64,000 bases of DNA from Collinsella sp. (GCA_048323995.1 DBFELT010000005.1:1892-65891); one strand, 5' to 3'. Shown: positions 49,400 to 62,692, counted from the first letter of the stretch. Program-made: numbers and translations. The notes: generated by a model not told the origin, from the sequence alone.

Positions 49400-49688
49400 G
49401 TATATGGAATCTCGCGGGATAACACGCGACTCCATTACCGCCGAGCAGGAGAGGACTCGCGATCGTATCGAAGCCTATAAGCTTGCTCAGATTCGCAGGT
49501 TAAAAGATCTAACACAGGCGTCGGTCGCCCAGTCGATGGGCGTTTCTCAAAAACGTGTATCCGAGCTCGAGCGTGGGGAGTTGGGTTCGATGAGGCTCGA
49601 CACGCTGAGCAGGTACGCAGAGAGCCTCGGCGGAAAACTGGTTGCAAGCATCGAGTTTCCCGATCGTACCGTTACGCTTGCGCGCTAA
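49386..49688 (+). CDS. XRE-family HTH antitoxin (HigA-like)
   Basis: LTQASVAQSMGVSQKRVSELERG, TLSRYAESLGGKL; overlaps the toxin gene. Confidence 0.87.
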   Translation: MELHEYMESRGITRDSITAEQERTRDRIEAYKLAQIRRLKDLTQASVAQSMGVSQKRVSELERGELGSMRLDTLSRYAESLGGKLVASIEFPDRTVTLAR

Positions 49689-49836
49689 AAATCTTCAATT
49701 AACCCCCTCACTTTCACCGACTACTAGAGCCGCTCACCAAACCAACATGCGCTCTGGGCAAATAGGTTGAATGTTTCGTGCGAGAATGCCCCACAGTAAA
49801 CAAACTTGCACCGGAGCGTAAGGGGCTGGCATACAC

Positions 49837-50580
49837 ATGCAGACGGTCTATCGGGTATACGAGGGAACGCGCGAGCCGCATCGGCTTGCCGTCGAGCGCA
49901 CGGCCGAGGTGCTCGGCCGCGGCGGCCTGGCCTTGATTCCGACCGAGACCGTCTACGGTGTCGCCGTGGCAGTCAACGCCTTCTCGGACGCCGTGCCCCA
50001 AGATACAAGCGAATTCCCATCGTGGCCGCGCGATCCGCAGGCTGCCGTCAATGGCGCCGCAGTTCCTGCGCTCGGCACCGGCTATCGCCGTATCTTCACT
50101 CTCAAGCAACGTGAGCTCACGCAAACCGTCGCTTGGCTGGTCGATGGCGTCGAAGCACTCGACCGCTATGGCGTGGATATCCCGGAAGATGCCCGCGTAC
50201 TCGCGCGACGATGCTGGCCGGGAGCCCTGACTATCGTGGTCAAGGCAGCCCCCTGCGTGCCGACCTTTATGCGCGCTGCCGACGACACCGTGGCCCTGCG
50301 CGCTTCGGCCTCTCCCGTGGTCCAAGCGCTCATCCGCGCCTGCGGCAGTCCCCTTGCCTGCACGAGCGCCAACACGCACGGCGCGCCTTCGCCGGCAAGC
50401 TTTGCCGCCGTCGAGGGTCGCATCCTGGAGGGGGTCGATGTTGCCGTCGACGCCGGTGAGACCCCGTGTCGCGACGCCTCGACCATCGTGTCGTTCCAGC
50501 ACGGCGGGCTCCAGATCCTGCGCCAAGGCGCACTTCCCGCATCAGAGATCGAGCGGGTCCTGTCCGACCCGATGCAATAG
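49837..50580 (+). CDS. tsaC: Threonylcarbamoyl-AMP synthase (TsaC/Sua5/YrdC domain)
   Basis: PTETVYG, KQR, WPGALT, TSAN, ASTIV, LRQGA. Confidence 0.88.
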   Translation: MQTVYRVYEGTREPHRLAVERTAEVLGRGGLALIPTETVYGVAVAVNAFSDAVPQDTSEFPSWPRDPQAAVNGAAVPALGTGYRRIFTLKQRELTQTVAWLVDGVEALDRYGVDIPEDARVLARRCWPGALTIVVKAAPCVPTFMRAADDTVALRASASPVVQALIRACGSPLACTSANTHGAPSPASFAAVEGRILEGVDVAVDAGETPCRDASTIVSFQHGGLQILRQGALPASEIERVLSDPMQ

Positions 50581-50593
50581 AAGGGTGTAAGCG

Positions 50594-52135
50594 ATGTCGT
50601 TGAATCTGGGCAGCCTGGGCATGGAAGATGCCTCGTTTAACTTTGGCGGTTCCTACATCATGGCGCTCGACTGCGGCACTACCTCGGTACTCGCGGCCAT
50701 TGTCGACGAATACGGCTGCATCGTTGCCCAGGCGCGTCGTAGCGTCAAAACCAGCTTCCCGCGCCCCGGCTGGGTGGAGCAGGATCCCACGGAGGTGCTT
50801 GCCAGCCAGATCGGCGTGATGATGGAGGTTCAGTTTAAGAGCGGCATCCATTCCGATCGCATCGCCGCCATCGGCATCTCCAACCAGCGCGAGACCACGG
50901 TGGTCTGGGACCGCGTGAGCGGCCAGCCCATCTATAACGCCATCGTATGGCAGTGCCGTCGTACCGCGCCGGCGATCGACGCGTTGGTTGAACAGGGTTG
51001 CGAGGAGCTGGTGCGCTCCCGCACGGGACTTACGCTTGACCCGTATTTCTCGGCCTCTAAGGTGCAGTGGATTCTCGACAACGTCGACGGCGCACGCGAG
51101 AGCGCGGCGGCGGGCGACCTCATGTTTGGCACCATCGACACCTGGCTCATCTACAACCTCACCGGCGGCCAGGTCTTTGCCACCGACTACACCAATGCCA
51201 GCCGCACGGCACTCTTTAATATCCATACGCTCGATTGGGACGACGACCTGCTGGCGCTCTTTGACGTCCCACGTTCCATGATGCCCGAGGTTCGCTGGAG
51301 CTCGGGCGACTACGGCCGCGTCGCGAGCGACATCATGACCAACATGCCGCCCATCATGGGCGTGGCGGGTGACCAACAGGCGTCGCTGTTCGGCCACTGC
51401 TGTTTCCGTCCCGGCCAGACCAAAAACACCTATGGCACGGGCTGCTTTATGCTCATGAACACCGGCGACGAGATCGTCGAATCCAAGAATGGCCTGGTCT
51501 CCACCATCGGTATCGCTGCGGACGGCAAAGTCAGCTATGCGCTCGAGGGCTCTATTTTTGCCGCCGGCTCAACGATGAACTGGCTTCGCAACAACATGGG
51601 CATCATCTCGAGCGTGAGCGAGTCGGCACAACTCGCCGCTTCGATTAGCGACAACGAGGGCTGCTACTTCGTTCCCGCCTTTGCGGGTTTGGGTGCTCCC
51701 TGGTGGGACCCGCATGCTCGCGGTATCGTGTGCGGTCTGACCGGCGCCTCGAGCCGTGCGACCATCGTACGTGCCGCCTGCGAATCCATGGCATATCAGA
51801 GCTACGACGTGCTGCGCGCCATGGAGCAGGACGTGGGGCTTTCGATTGAGCGCCTGTCTGTCGATGGCGGTGCCTCGCGCAACGAGTTCATCATGCAATT
51901 CCAGGCCGACCTGCTGGATATCCCCGTGCTGCAATGCGAGACGGTGGAGACCACGGCAATCGGTGCCGCGTACTTGGCGGGTCTTGCCGTCGGCTATTGG
52001 GAAGACCTGGAAGAGCTGGAGCAAAATGCCCAGATCGTTAGGACCTTCCTTCCCCACATGTCCGCCGAGCGCCGCGAGCAAAACCTTGCGGGCTGGCGTG
52101 ATGCAGTCAGGCGCTCGCTCAGCACCGCACAGTAG
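50594..52135 (+). CDS. glpK: Glycerol kinase
   Basis: DCGTTS, GISNQRETT, AIVWQCRRT, PYFSASK, TDYTNASRT, GDQQA, KNTYGTG, VDGGAS. Confidence 0.88.
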   Translation: MSLNLGSLGMEDASFNFGGSYIMALDCGTTSVLAAIVDEYGCIVAQARRSVKTSFPRPGWVEQDPTEVLASQIGVMMEVQFKSGIHSDRIAAIGISNQRETTVVWDRVSGQPIYNAIVWQCRRTAPAIDALVEQGCEELVRSRTGLTLDPYFSASKVQWILDNVDGARESAAAGDLMFGTIDTWLIYNLTGGQVFATDYTNASRTALFNIHTLDWDDDLLALFDVPRSMMPEVRWSSGDYGRVASDIMTNMPPIMGVAGDQQASLFGHCCFRPGQTKNTYGTGCFMLMNTGDEIVESKNGLVSTIGIAADGKVSYALEGSIFAAGSTMNWLRNNMGIISSVSESAQLAASISDNEGCYFVPAFAGLGAPWWDPHARGIVCGLTGASSRATIVRAACESMAYQSYDVLRAMEQDVGLSIERLSVDGGASRNEFIMQFQADLLDIPVLQCETVETTAIGAAYLAGLAVGYWEDLEELEQNAQIVRTFLPHMSAERREQNLAGWRDAVRRSLSTAQ

Positions 52136-52258
52136 GGCTGCGATGGGCTGCTCGATACAACAAACCGCTAAACTAATGCATGGCGTGCGGCGGCAACATT
52201 GCTGCGCGCCTTGTCAGCAAGGCCGTTTTGCGGCCGCAACGAAAGGGGCAATCAATCC

Positions 52259-52906
52259 ATGACCGTCACCTACGATGCGTCCCGTGTGACGCTTGTCGAT
52301 CACCCGCTCGTCCAGCACAAGCTGTCGATCCTGCGCGACAAAAACACCGGCACCAACCAGTTCCGTCAGCTCGTGCGCGAACTCGCACTTTTTGACGGCT
52401 ACGAGGCCATGCGCGACCTGCCTATGGAAGACGTCGAGGTCGAGACCCCCATCACTACCGCCACGTTCAAACAGCTCGCCGGCAAGAAACTCGCCATCGT
52501 GCCCATCCTGCGTGCGGGCCTTGGCATGGTCGACGGCATCCTCGACCTGGTGCCCTCCGCTCGCGTGGGCCACATCGGCATGGAGCGCGACGAGGTCACC
52601 CACGAGCCGCACGAGTATTACTGCAAGATGCCCAAGGATATCGACCAGCGCATCTGCCTGGTCGTCGACCCCATGCTCGCCACGGGCGGTTCGGCCGAGA
52701 TGGCCATTAGCTACCTGCGCGAGCGCGGTGTCAAGGACATCCGCATGCTGTGCATCGTCGCGGCCCCCGAGGGCCTCAAGTCGCTGACTGAGAAGGACCC
52801 TGATGTGCATATCTATACCTGCGCCATCGACGACCATCTCAACGAGGCTGCCTACATCGTTCCCGGCCTGGGCGACGCCGGCGACCGCATCTACGGCACG
52901 CTCTAG
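52259..52906 (+). CDS. upp: Uracil phosphoribosyltransferase
   Basis: [31 protein letters not shown]. Confidence 0.97.
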   Translation: MTVTYDASRVTLVDHPLVQHKLSILRDKNTGTNQFRQLVRELALFDGYEAMRDLPMEDVEVETPITTATFKQLAGKKLAIVPILRAGLGMVDGILDLVPSARVGHIGMERDEVTHEPHEYYCKMPKDIDQRICLVVDPMLATGGSAEMAISYLRERGVKDIRMLCIVAAPEGLKSLTEKDPDVHIYTCAIDDHLNEAAYIVPGLGDAGDRIYGTL

Positions 52907-53187
52907 TCGCTGGGCTAAGATGGCCGCGGCTGCAAATACGAAGAAACGGTGCGCGCGGACGAACAAAAGGCGACCGCGCGCACTCCTGTTAACGGACGTT
53001 TTGCCCTGCAGGGTTCGAGAAAAACGTATTACCGTACCTGCGGCATAAAGAAGGTCTTAAGAAAACGAACAGGTGCGTATTAACCGATGCTTTTTCGGTT
53101 GTACTTTAGCGATTGGCTCGTACAATAGTCACCAATGTTTGGCGGGAACTGTTCTGTGAAGCGTTAAAAAGGAAAGTGAGGACGCCA

Positions 53188-53499
53188 GTGTTTCAGATAG
53201 CCGATCTGCTCGCTATCGTTGCAGGCGCCATCGCGGGCGCAATTGCCTTCCTTCCCTTTGTCTTTACGCTCAAGCCGGTTCTTGACGATAAACAGAATGC
53301 GGACATGCTCAAGGGTATGGTGAGTCTGGCGGTCTCGGCAATCGCCCTGCTCGTCTTTACCTTGGTTGTGTTTGTGTTGTTCGGAGAGGCATTTCGCATG
53401 TTCCTCCTGGGCGAGGCGATCGGCTTCGTGGCCTTTATGGCCGCCTGCACGGTTCGCGTCGCCAAGGCGCTGCGAGATCCTCATGAGGTCGAAAGGTAA
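53188..53499 (+). CDS. Small membrane protein preceding atpB (AtpI-like by position)
   Basis: Three hydrophobic segments; GAGGA RBS; first gene of the atp cluster. Confidence 0.55.
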   Translation: MFQIADLLAIVAGAIAGAIAFLPFVFTLKPVLDDKQNADMLKGMVSLAVSAIALLVFTLVVFVLFGEAFRMFLLGEAIGFVAFMAACTVRVAKALRDPHEVER

Positions 53500-53502
53500 G
53501 TC

Positions 53503-54306
53503 GTGGAAATTTTTGAAAAGCTGCCTGATGAGATTAATCATCTGGTCAGCGAGTTCAGCTCCACCCCTGTCGTGGGCGATCTGAGCTGCGGCATCACGCA
53601 GTACTCGTTTTGGCTGATCGTCTCCACGATCGTGCTCCTGATCGTCCTGGCCGTGTTCAAGAAGAAGCAGACCCTGGTTCCCAAGGGCTTCTTCGTCAAC
53701 GGTTTCGAGTACATCATCGAGTACGTCGAGAACGATATCGGCAAGGGCGTCGTGGGTGAGAACTGGAAGAAGCACTTCCCGTTCCTGTGCTCGCTTTTCC
53801 TGTTCATCCTGATCAACAACATGATCGGCCTGATCCCGGGAATGAAGCCCGGCACCGGCGCAATCGGCTCCACCGCCGCGCTCGCCATCTTCGCCTTTGT
53901 GTACTTCATCTACTACGGATGCAAGGCTCATGGCGTGATCGGCTACATCAAGAGCCTCGCCCCGCAGGGCGTGAGCTTCCCGATGAACGTGCTCGTGTGG
54001 GTCGTCGAGCTTTTCTCGACCTTCCTGCGCCTCATCACGCTCGCCGTCCGTCTGTTCTGCAACATGTTCGCAGGACACGTGGTCATGGGCTCGTTCGCCA
54101 TCATGGCGAGCATGTTCATGCAGCCGCTGCTTCAGCAGGTTTCCGCGGCCCACGCCGTCGGCGCCCTGCCTTCGCTAGCCTGGCTTGCCATCCTCATCCT
54201 GATCTATGCGATCGAGCTTGTGGTCGGCGCCATCCAGGCTTACGTCTTCACGGTCCTTACCGCCGTGTATGTCTCCGAGGCAGAGGAGGTCGCGGAGGAG
54301 GAGTAG
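53503..54306 (+). CDS. atpB: F0F1 ATP synthase subunit a
   Basis: TLAVRLFCNMFAGH, IQAYVFTVLTAVY. Confidence 0.95.
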   Translation: MEIFEKLPDEINHLVSEFSSTPVVGDLSCGITQYSFWLIVSTIVLLIVLAVFKKKQTLVPKGFFVNGFEYIIEYVENDIGKGVVGENWKKHFPFLCSLFLFILINNMIGLIPGMKPGTGAIGSTAALAIFAFVYFIYYGCKAHGVIGYIKSLAPQGVSFPMNVLVWVVELFSTFLRLITLAVRLFCNMFAGHVVMGSFAIMASMFMQPLLQQVSAAHAVGALPSLAWLAILILIYAIELVVGAIQAYVFTVLTAVYVSEAEEVAEEE

Positions 54307-54430
54307 TCTTCCGTTCGCGCCTTAAAGGTAAGGTAATTCGTTAAACCGCCGGTGCCCGTACCCATGGAGCCCGGCAGTTATAAAAAGGTTATCCTGCGTG
54401 AAATAAGACACGCACGACAAAGGAGGAATC

Positions 54431-54625
54431 GTGGGAGTTATCGGTTACGGTCTCGGTGTTATCGGCGCTGGTCTTGCTATCGGCCTGTCTGCTCTGGGTG
54501 CTACGGGTGCTATGGCCCGTCAGCCTGAGGTCCAGGGCCGCGTGTTCACCGTCTTCATCATGGGCTCCGCCTTCGGCGAGGCTCTGGCTCTGATCGGCTT
54601 CGTTGTCGCGCTGATCGTTAAATAG
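54431..54625 (+). CDS. atpE: F0F1 ATP synthase subunit c
   Basis: Gly-rich helix, ARQPE loop, conserved Glu in FGEA. Confidence 0.93.
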   Translation: MGVIGYGLGVIGAGLAIGLSALGATGAMARQPEVQGRVFTVFIMGSAFGEALALIGFVVALIVK

Positions 54626-54640
54626 CACGGAGCGTCAAGT

Positions 54641-55243
54641 ATGAATCTTTCATCCCAGAAGAGCGCGATCGCACTCTCCGCGTCCGCGGCCGCGCTGCTC
54701 ATGCCGGTTTCCGCGTTCGCCGAGGACGGCGCTGCCGGTGCGGACATCCTCATCCCTAAGATGGCGGAGTTCATCCCGGCGCTTATCGCCTTCCTGATTA
54801 TCTGGATCGTGCTGGCCAAGGTCGCCCTGCCGGGCATCATGAAGACCATGGAGGAGCGCGGCAAGAAGATCGAGGAGAGCCTCGACGAGGCCGAGAAGAC
54901 CAAGCAGGAGGCTATCGCCAAGCGCGCTGAGTCCGACTCGATCGTCACCGACGCCCGTCGTCAGGCTGCCGACATTGTTCTCGAGGCCCGTAAGGACGCC
55001 GAGTCCGAGCGCGCCCGTATCATCGAGGCTGCTCACAAGGAGGCCGAGGAGATCATCGCCAAGGCCCATACGACCGTCGAGGACGAGCGCAAGTCCATCT
55101 ACGCCGGTGCCGCGAGCTCCATCGCCGACCTGTCCGTTGCCGTCGCCACCAAGATCGTGGGCGAGGCACTCGAGGACGATGCCGAGCAGAAGAAGCTCAT
55201 CGAGCGTTACATCCAGGAAGCAGGTAGCCTGAATGCCGACTAG
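54641..55243 (+). CDS. atpF: F0F1 ATP synthase subunit b
   Basis: TM segment followed by MEERGKKIEESL coiled coil; operon position. Confidence 0.92.
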   Translation: MNLSSQKSAIALSASAAALLMPVSAFAEDGAAGADILIPKMAEFIPALIAFLIIWIVLAKVALPGIMKTMEERGKKIEESLDEAEKTKQEAIAKRAESDSIVTDARRQAADIVLEARKDAESERARIIEAAHKEAEEIIAKAHTTVEDERKSIYAGAASSIADLSVAVATKIVGEALEDDAEQKKLIERYIQEAGSLNAD

Positions 55244-55709
55244 CCGCTATCAGGACAAGGTACTCGAGACCTACGCGCGCTCCCTTTTGGAAGCCGCCAA
55301 GGCCGAGAACCATGTGTTCGAGGACCTCGAGATGATCGAGCGTCTGGCTTCTGCCAGCCCCGAGATCATCGCCGTGCTCGACACCATGTCCAAGCGCGAC
55401 CAGCTCGACCTTCTTCCCAAGGTGGCAGCTGCCTTTAAGTATGTTGCCGAGGAAGACGAGGATGTAGTGGGCGTGACCGTCACCACGGCGATCCCGCTCG
55501 ACGACGAGCTGCGTCAAACCATCACTAAGAAATGCGAGCAGGACTTCGGCCGCAAGGTATTCCTTATCGAGCAGGTCGACCCGTCTATCGTGGGCGGCCT
55601 GGTGCTCGAGGCCCGCGGCGAGCGTCGTGACATTTCCGTCAAGACGCAGCTGCGCATCGCGCAGGAGACCCTCGCAAACTCTGCTAATTCGTACGGAGGT
55701 GAAGCCTAA
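55233..55709 (+). CDS. atpH: F0F1 ATP synthase subunit delta
   Basis: [32 protein letters not shown]. Confidence 0.88.
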   Translation: MPTSRYQDKVLETYARSLLEAAKAENHVFEDLEMIERLASASPEIIAVLDTMSKRDQLDLLPKVAAAFKYVAEEDEDVVGVTVTTAIPLDDELRQTITKKCEQDFGRKVFLIEQVDPSIVGGLVLEARGERRDISVKTQLRIAQETLANSANSYGGEA

Positions 55710-57307
55710 TGTCCGAAACCCTCAATGCCCAGGATATCGCCAAGAAACTGCAGGAGCAGCTCACGAGCCTCTCCGCGACGGTCGATACGCATGAGGTTTC
55801 AACGGTCGACGAGGTAGGCGACGGCATCGCGCGCGTCTCCGGCCTCAAGAGCGCCATGGCAGGCGAGCTTCTGGAGTTCAAGAGCTCCGATACCGGTGAG
55901 ACCGTCTTCGGCCTTGCCCAGAACCTTGACCGTGACGAGGTCGGCGCCGTTCTGTTTGGTGCCGTCGACTCCATCAAGGAAGGCGACGAGTGCCGCACCA
56001 CTGGCCGCATTATGGATATCCCTGTGAGCCGCGCCATGCTCGGCCGCGTCGTCAATCCGCTCGGCCAGCCCATCGACGGCCTGGGCGACATCGTCGCCAC
56101 GCACCGTCGCCCCATCGAGTTCAAGGCCCCCGGCGTCATCGACCGTACCCCGGTGTGTGAGCCGGTTCAGACCGGTCTGCTCGCTATCGACTCCATGGTG
56201 CCTATTGGCCGCGGTCAGCGTGAGCTCATCATCGGCGACCGTAAGACCGGTAAGACCGCCATCGCCATCGACGCTATCCTCAACCAGCGCGGCAAGGGCA
56301 TGGTCTGCATCTATGTCGCCATCGGCCAGAAGGCCTCCACGGTTGCCAACATCCGCGAGACCCTCGCTCAGCACGGTGCGCTCGACTACACCATCATCGT
56401 TTCGGCCACCGCTGCCGATTCCGCCCCTATGCAGTACATCGCGCCTATGGCCGGTGCCGCTATCGGCGAGTTCTTCATGTACAACGGTGAGGACGGCAAG
56501 CCCGCCAGCGAGACCAACCCCGGTGGCCACGTGCTCGTCATCTACGACGACCTGTCCAAGCAGGCTGTGGCTTACCGTCAGATGTCGCTGACGCTGCATC
56601 GTCCGCCCGGACGCGAGGCCTATCCTGGCGACATCTTCTACCTGCACTCTCGTCTGCTCGAGCGTGCCGTCAAGATGTCCAAGAAGAACGGCTACGGCTC
56701 CATGACGGCACTGCCGATCATCGAGACCCAGGACGGCGACGTCTCGGCCTACATTCCGACCAACGTCATTTCCATTACCGATGGTCAGATCTACCTGCAG
56801 TCTGAGCTCTTCTTCCAGGGCCAGCGCCCGGCAGTCGACGTGGGCATTTCCGTGTCCCGCGTCGGTGGCGACGCGCAGACCAAGGCTATGAAGCAGGTCG
56901 CCGGCAACCTCCGTCTGGACCTCGCTTCGTACCAGGAGCTCGCCGGCTTCACGCAGTTCGGCTCCGACCTCGACGAGGCTACGCAAAAGCAGCTTACCCA
57001 CGGCGCCCGCATGACCGAGCTCCTGAAGCAGCCGCGTTACAAGCCGTTTGAGGTTGGCGAGCAGATCGTTACGCTGTTCGCTGGCAACGAGGGCTTCCTG
57101 GATGACCTGGAGATCGCCGACGTGCTGCCTTTCCGTGCCGAGCTCATCGAGTACATGGACAATGGCTTTGGCTCGCTGCTCGACAAGGTTCGCGCCAAGA
57201 AGATCGATGATGACACCAAGGCTGAGCTCTTGCGCGTCATCGGCGACTTCAAGCAGCAGTTCATGGCCAAGCACCATTCGGATGTTTCTGGATCAGAGGA
57301 GAACTAA
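55709..57307 (+). CDS. atpA: F0F1 ATP synthase subunit alpha
   Basis: [27 protein letters not shown]. Confidence 0.98.
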   Translation: MSETLNAQDIAKKLQEQLTSLSATVDTHEVSTVDEVGDGIARVSGLKSAMAGELLEFKSSDTGETVFGLAQNLDRDEVGAVLFGAVDSIKEGDECRTTGRIMDIPVSRAMLGRVVNPLGQPIDGLGDIVATHRRPIEFKAPGVIDRTPVCEPVQTGLLAIDSMVPIGRGQRELIIGDRKTGKTAIAIDAILNQRGKGMVCIYVAIGQKASTVANIRETLAQHGALDYTIIVSATAADSAPMQYIAPMAGAAIGEFFMYNGEDGKPASETNPGGHVLVIYDDLSKQAVAYRQMSLTLHRPPGREAYPGDIFYLHSRLLERAVKMSKKNGYGSMTALPIIETQDGDVSAYIPTNVISITDGQIYLQSELFFQGQRPAVDVGISVSRVGGDAQTKAMKQVAGNLRLDLASYQELAGFTQFGSDLDEATQKQLTHGARMTELLKQPRYKPFEVGEQIVTLFAGNEGFLDDLEIADVLPFRAELIEYMDNGFGSLLDKVRAKKIDDDTKAELLRVIGDFKQQFMAKHHSDVSGSEEN

Positions 57308-57312
57308 GCCCC

Positions 57313-59675
<2,363 letters not shown>

Positions 59676-59678
59676 GTT

Positions 59679-60071
59679 ATGCGTATCCGCATCGTGTGCC
59701 CCGTGAGCTGCGCCTATGAGGGCGACGCTGCGTTTGTGTCGATTCCGTCCACGGATGGCGAGTTTGGCGTTCTGCCTGCTCACTCCAGCGAGATCTGCAC
59801 GATCGACCGCGGTTACGTTCGCGTTTCCGATAAGGCCATGGGCACTGTCGACCACACGTTTGCCGTGGCCGGCGGCTATGCCCAGGTTGCGGACGATGTC
59901 GTGACCGTTCTCGCCGAGCGCGCTTGCGATTTGGCGACCGTCGATGCCGACAAGCTTAAAGCTGATATTCAAGGTTTTGAAGAGAAGCTGGGTAATTTGT
60001 CGGAGGATGATGCACGCCGCGCCTACCTCTATAATGAAATCGCATGGTGTAAGCTCAAGCTTGCCCAATAG
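59679..60071 (+). CDS. atpC: F0F1 ATP synthase subunit epsilon
   Basis: GEFGVLPAH, AVAGGYAQV; operon position. Confidence 0.92.
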   Translation: MRIRIVCPVSCAYEGDAAFVSIPSTDGEFGVLPAHSSEICTIDRGYVRVSDKAMGTVDHTFAVAGGYAQVADDVVTVLAERACDLATVDADKLKADIQGFEEKLGNLSEDDARRAYLYNEIAWCKLKLAQ

Positions 60072-60107
60072 TCAAACGATTTAGCGTTCGACCATTTGCG
60101 AACACAT

Positions 60108-60146
60108 CATGCCCGGGATGGTCCAGCCATCCCGGGCATGCTTTTT
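60108..60146 (+). terminator. Intrinsic terminator of the atp operon
   Basis: catgcccgggatgg-loop-ccatcccgggcatgcttttt. Confidence 0.75.
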
Positions 60147-60159
60147 GAAAGGGTAGACC

Positions 60160-61443
60160 TTGGATATTATCCGCGTTGAGGGTGGCCACGCCATCGGAGG
60201 CTCCGTGCCCGTTTCGGGCGCCAAGAACTCCGCACTCAAACTCATGGCGGCAACGCTTCTGGCGCCGGGCAAGACGACGCTGCAGAACGTGCCCGATATT
60301 TCCGATGTCCACGTGATGGGCAAGGTGCTCAAGGGCATGGGCGCTACGATCGATGTTCTCGACGAGCATACGCTCGAGATTGATACCTCTCAGGTCGATT
60401 CTTGGGAGGCCCCCTACGAGCTCGTTGCCAAGATGCGTGCTTCCACAGCCGTGATGGGACCCCTGCTGGGCCGTTTCCATCGTGCCAAGATAGCCATGCC
60501 CGGCGGCTGCAACCTGGGTGCTCGCAAGATCGATATGCACATTCTTGGTCTTGAGGCCCTGGGCGTTGAGTTCGATACCGCCCACGGTTACATCAACGCT
60601 AATGCGCCCCAAGGTCTGCGCGGTACCACCGTCACGCTCGAGTTCGCCAGCGTCGGTGCGACCGAGAACCTCATTATGGCATCCGTGCGCGCGCAGGGTA
60701 CCACGGTTATCGACAATGCCGCCCGCGAGCCCGAGATCGTCGATCTCGCTAACATGCTCAACGAGATGGGCGCCAAGATTGTCGGCGCGGGTACGCCCGT
60801 CGTGACTATCGAAGGCGTGGAAGAGCTCCATCCCGTTACCCATCGCGTGGTGGGCGACCGCATCGAGGCCGGTACCTTTATCGTTGCCGGTGCGTTGATG
60901 GCCGACGATCGCGGTGTCGATGTCACGGGCTTTTGCCCCATTCACTTGGGCATGGTGCTCAAGAAGATGGAGCTCATGGGTATCGACTGCGAGCGCGTCG
61001 AGGATGGCGTCCATGTAAACCGTGCCGAGCGTATCAAGCCGGTCGACATCCAGACGCTTCCGTTCCCCGGTTTCCCGACGGACATGCAGGCGCAGATTAT
61101 GGTACTCTCCGCCCTTGCCGACGGCAGTTCCGTTATTACCGAGAACATCTTCGAGAATCGCTTTATGTTTGCCTCTGAGCTGGTGCGCATGGGTGCCGAC
61201 ATTCGTATCGAGAGTCATCATGCCATGATTCATGGCGTCAAGGGCTTCTCGGGCGCACAGGTTACCTCGCCCGATCTGCGTGGCGGAGCGGCCCTCGTCG
61301 TAGCGGGCTTGATCGCCGACGGGACGACCGAGGTTTCGGCTATCCATCACATCAAGCGCGGCTACGAGCAGTTTGTCGAAAAGCTGCAGGCGCTCGGCGC
61401 GCATGTCGAGCATGCTACCGTCCCCGATCCCGTCATCTACTAA
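60160..61443 (+). CDS. murA: UDP-N-acetylglucosamine 1-carboxyvinyltransferase (active-site Cys retained)
   Basis: SGAKNSAL, MRAS, PGGCNLGAR, SVGATEN, PGFPTDMQ, DLRGGAAL. Confidence 0.97.
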   Translation: MDIIRVEGGHAIGGSVPVSGAKNSALKLMAATLLAPGKTTLQNVPDISDVHVMGKVLKGMGATIDVLDEHTLEIDTSQVDSWEAPYELVAKMRASTAVMGPLLGRFHRAKIAMPGGCNLGARKIDMHILGLEALGVEFDTAHGYINANAPQGLRGTTVTLEFASVGATENLIMASVRAQGTTVIDNAAREPEIVDLANMLNEMGAKIVGAGTPVVTIEGVEELHPVTHRVVGDRIEAGTFIVAGALMADDRGVDVTGFCPIHLGMVLKKMELMGIDCERVEDGVHVNRAERIKPVDIQTLPFPGFPTDMQAQIMVLSALADGSSVITENIFENRFMFASELVRMGADIRIESHHAMIHGVKGFSGAQVTSPDLRGGAALVVAGLIADGTTEVSAIHHIKRGYEQFVEKLQALGAHVEHATVPDPVIY

Positions 61444-61455
61444 TACAGGTTGCCT

Positions 61456-62691
61456 ATGTTCAATAAAAAGCCCCTCGCGGATACTACCGCCCGAAGACCC
61501 TCAACTGGTGCGCAGGCCAAGATCTACAGTCGCGATAACGTGGCTCGCTATTCCGAGCGCGCTCGTCAACGTCGTCGTAGCCACACGATTCGTCACGTCG
61601 CGCTCATTGTCGTGCTTGGCGTGCTGCTGAGTGCCACTACCGCTGCCGGCTTGTGGTTTGCCACCATTATGGGCAAGCTCGGCGATTCTAATGTCATTAC
61701 CGACAATCTGCGTCGGGTTCTGGTTGACACCGATGAGGCAAAGGATCCGTTCTACGTGCTGCTTCTTGGCACCGACGGCCGTCCGGGCGAGGATACGTAT
61801 CGTGCCGACTCGATTATCCTGGCACGCATTGACCCCACGCAAAAGCAGGCGACGCTCATTTCCGTTCCGCGCGACACCAAGGTCGAGTACAAGGGCGAGA
61901 CCATGAAGATCAACGCCTGCCATACCGTTGGCGGCGCCGAGGCCATGGTCGAGGCGGTCAACGAGCTGTGCGGTGTTCAGATTTCCCACTATGCCGAGGT
62001 CAGCTTCGACGGTATGCAGGCGCTGATTGATTCGGTTGGCGGTATCGACATTAACGCAACCGATGATGTTGACGACCCCGAGCACCTGGATATTAAGATT
62101 ACCGCTGGCCAGCAGCATATGGACGGTGCCACCGCCCTTACCTATGCCCGCTGCCGCTACACCTATGCCGACGGCGATTACACGCGCATGCGCCACCAGC
62201 GTCAGGTGCTTGGCGCCCTTGCCAACCAGATTCTCAATAACTTCGATGCCACGAAGATCTTTGGCCTGGTTAATTCGCTGTCCGATATGCTCGTAACCGA
62301 TATGAGCGTTCAGGATATCGTGGCTACGGTCAACGCCATGCGCGGTATGGATGTCGACGGTATCTACTCGGCCAACCTGCCTTCGTACGCCGACGACAGC
62401 ACCATGATCGACGGTGTGAGCTACGTCTTTGTCTACGAGGACGAGCTCAAGGAAATGATGGAGCGCGTCGATGCTGGCAAGGATCCCAAGGGTCCCAACA
62501 CCATGGGTCTTTCCGACGGTTCCAGCTCTACGATCGGCGACCTGAACAACAACACGTCTGACGACTACGCAAACGGTACCGCAACCTCATCGGTCAGCTC
62601 TGACGATTCCGATGACTCAAGCGATTCGAGCGATTCGGACTACTACGAAGAGCCCACCGGCGACGGCAACGGCTACGAAGCTAACTACTAG
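61456..62691 (+). CDS. LCP (LytR-CpsA-Psr) family glycopolymer transferase
   Basis: TM segment, VLLLGTD, RADSI, SVPRDT, KIN, GDYTRMRHQR; Ser/Asp-rich tail. Confidence 0.92.
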   Translation: MFNKKPLADTTARRPSTGAQAKIYSRDNVARYSERARQRRRSHTIRHVALIVVLGVLLSATTAAGLWFATIMGKLGDSNVITDNLRRVLVDTDEAKDPFYVLLLGTDGRPGEDTYRADSIILARIDPTQKQATLISVPRDTKVEYKGETMKINACHTVGGAEAMVEAVNELCGVQISHYAEVSFDGMQALIDSVGGIDINATDDVDDPEHLDIKITAGQQHMDGATALTYARCRYTYADGDYTRMRHQRQVLGALANQILNNFDATKIFGLVNSLSDMLVTDMSVQDIVATVNAMRGMDVDGIYSANLPSYADDSTMIDGVSYVFVYEDELKEMMERVDAGKDPKGPNTMGLSDGSSSTIGDLNNNTSDDYANGTATSSVSSDDSDDSSDSSDSDYYEEPTGDGNGYEANY

Positions 62692-62692
62692 G

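Noticed and set aside
54431..54625. Na+-translocating ATP synthase
   Set aside because: Subunit c has FGEAL, without the Q...ES/T Na+-binding signature; consistent with an H+-type enzyme.
62590..62645. Ser/Asp micro-repeat in the LCP tail
   Set aside because: Ordinary low-complexity tail with degenerate codons; not a phase-variation tract.
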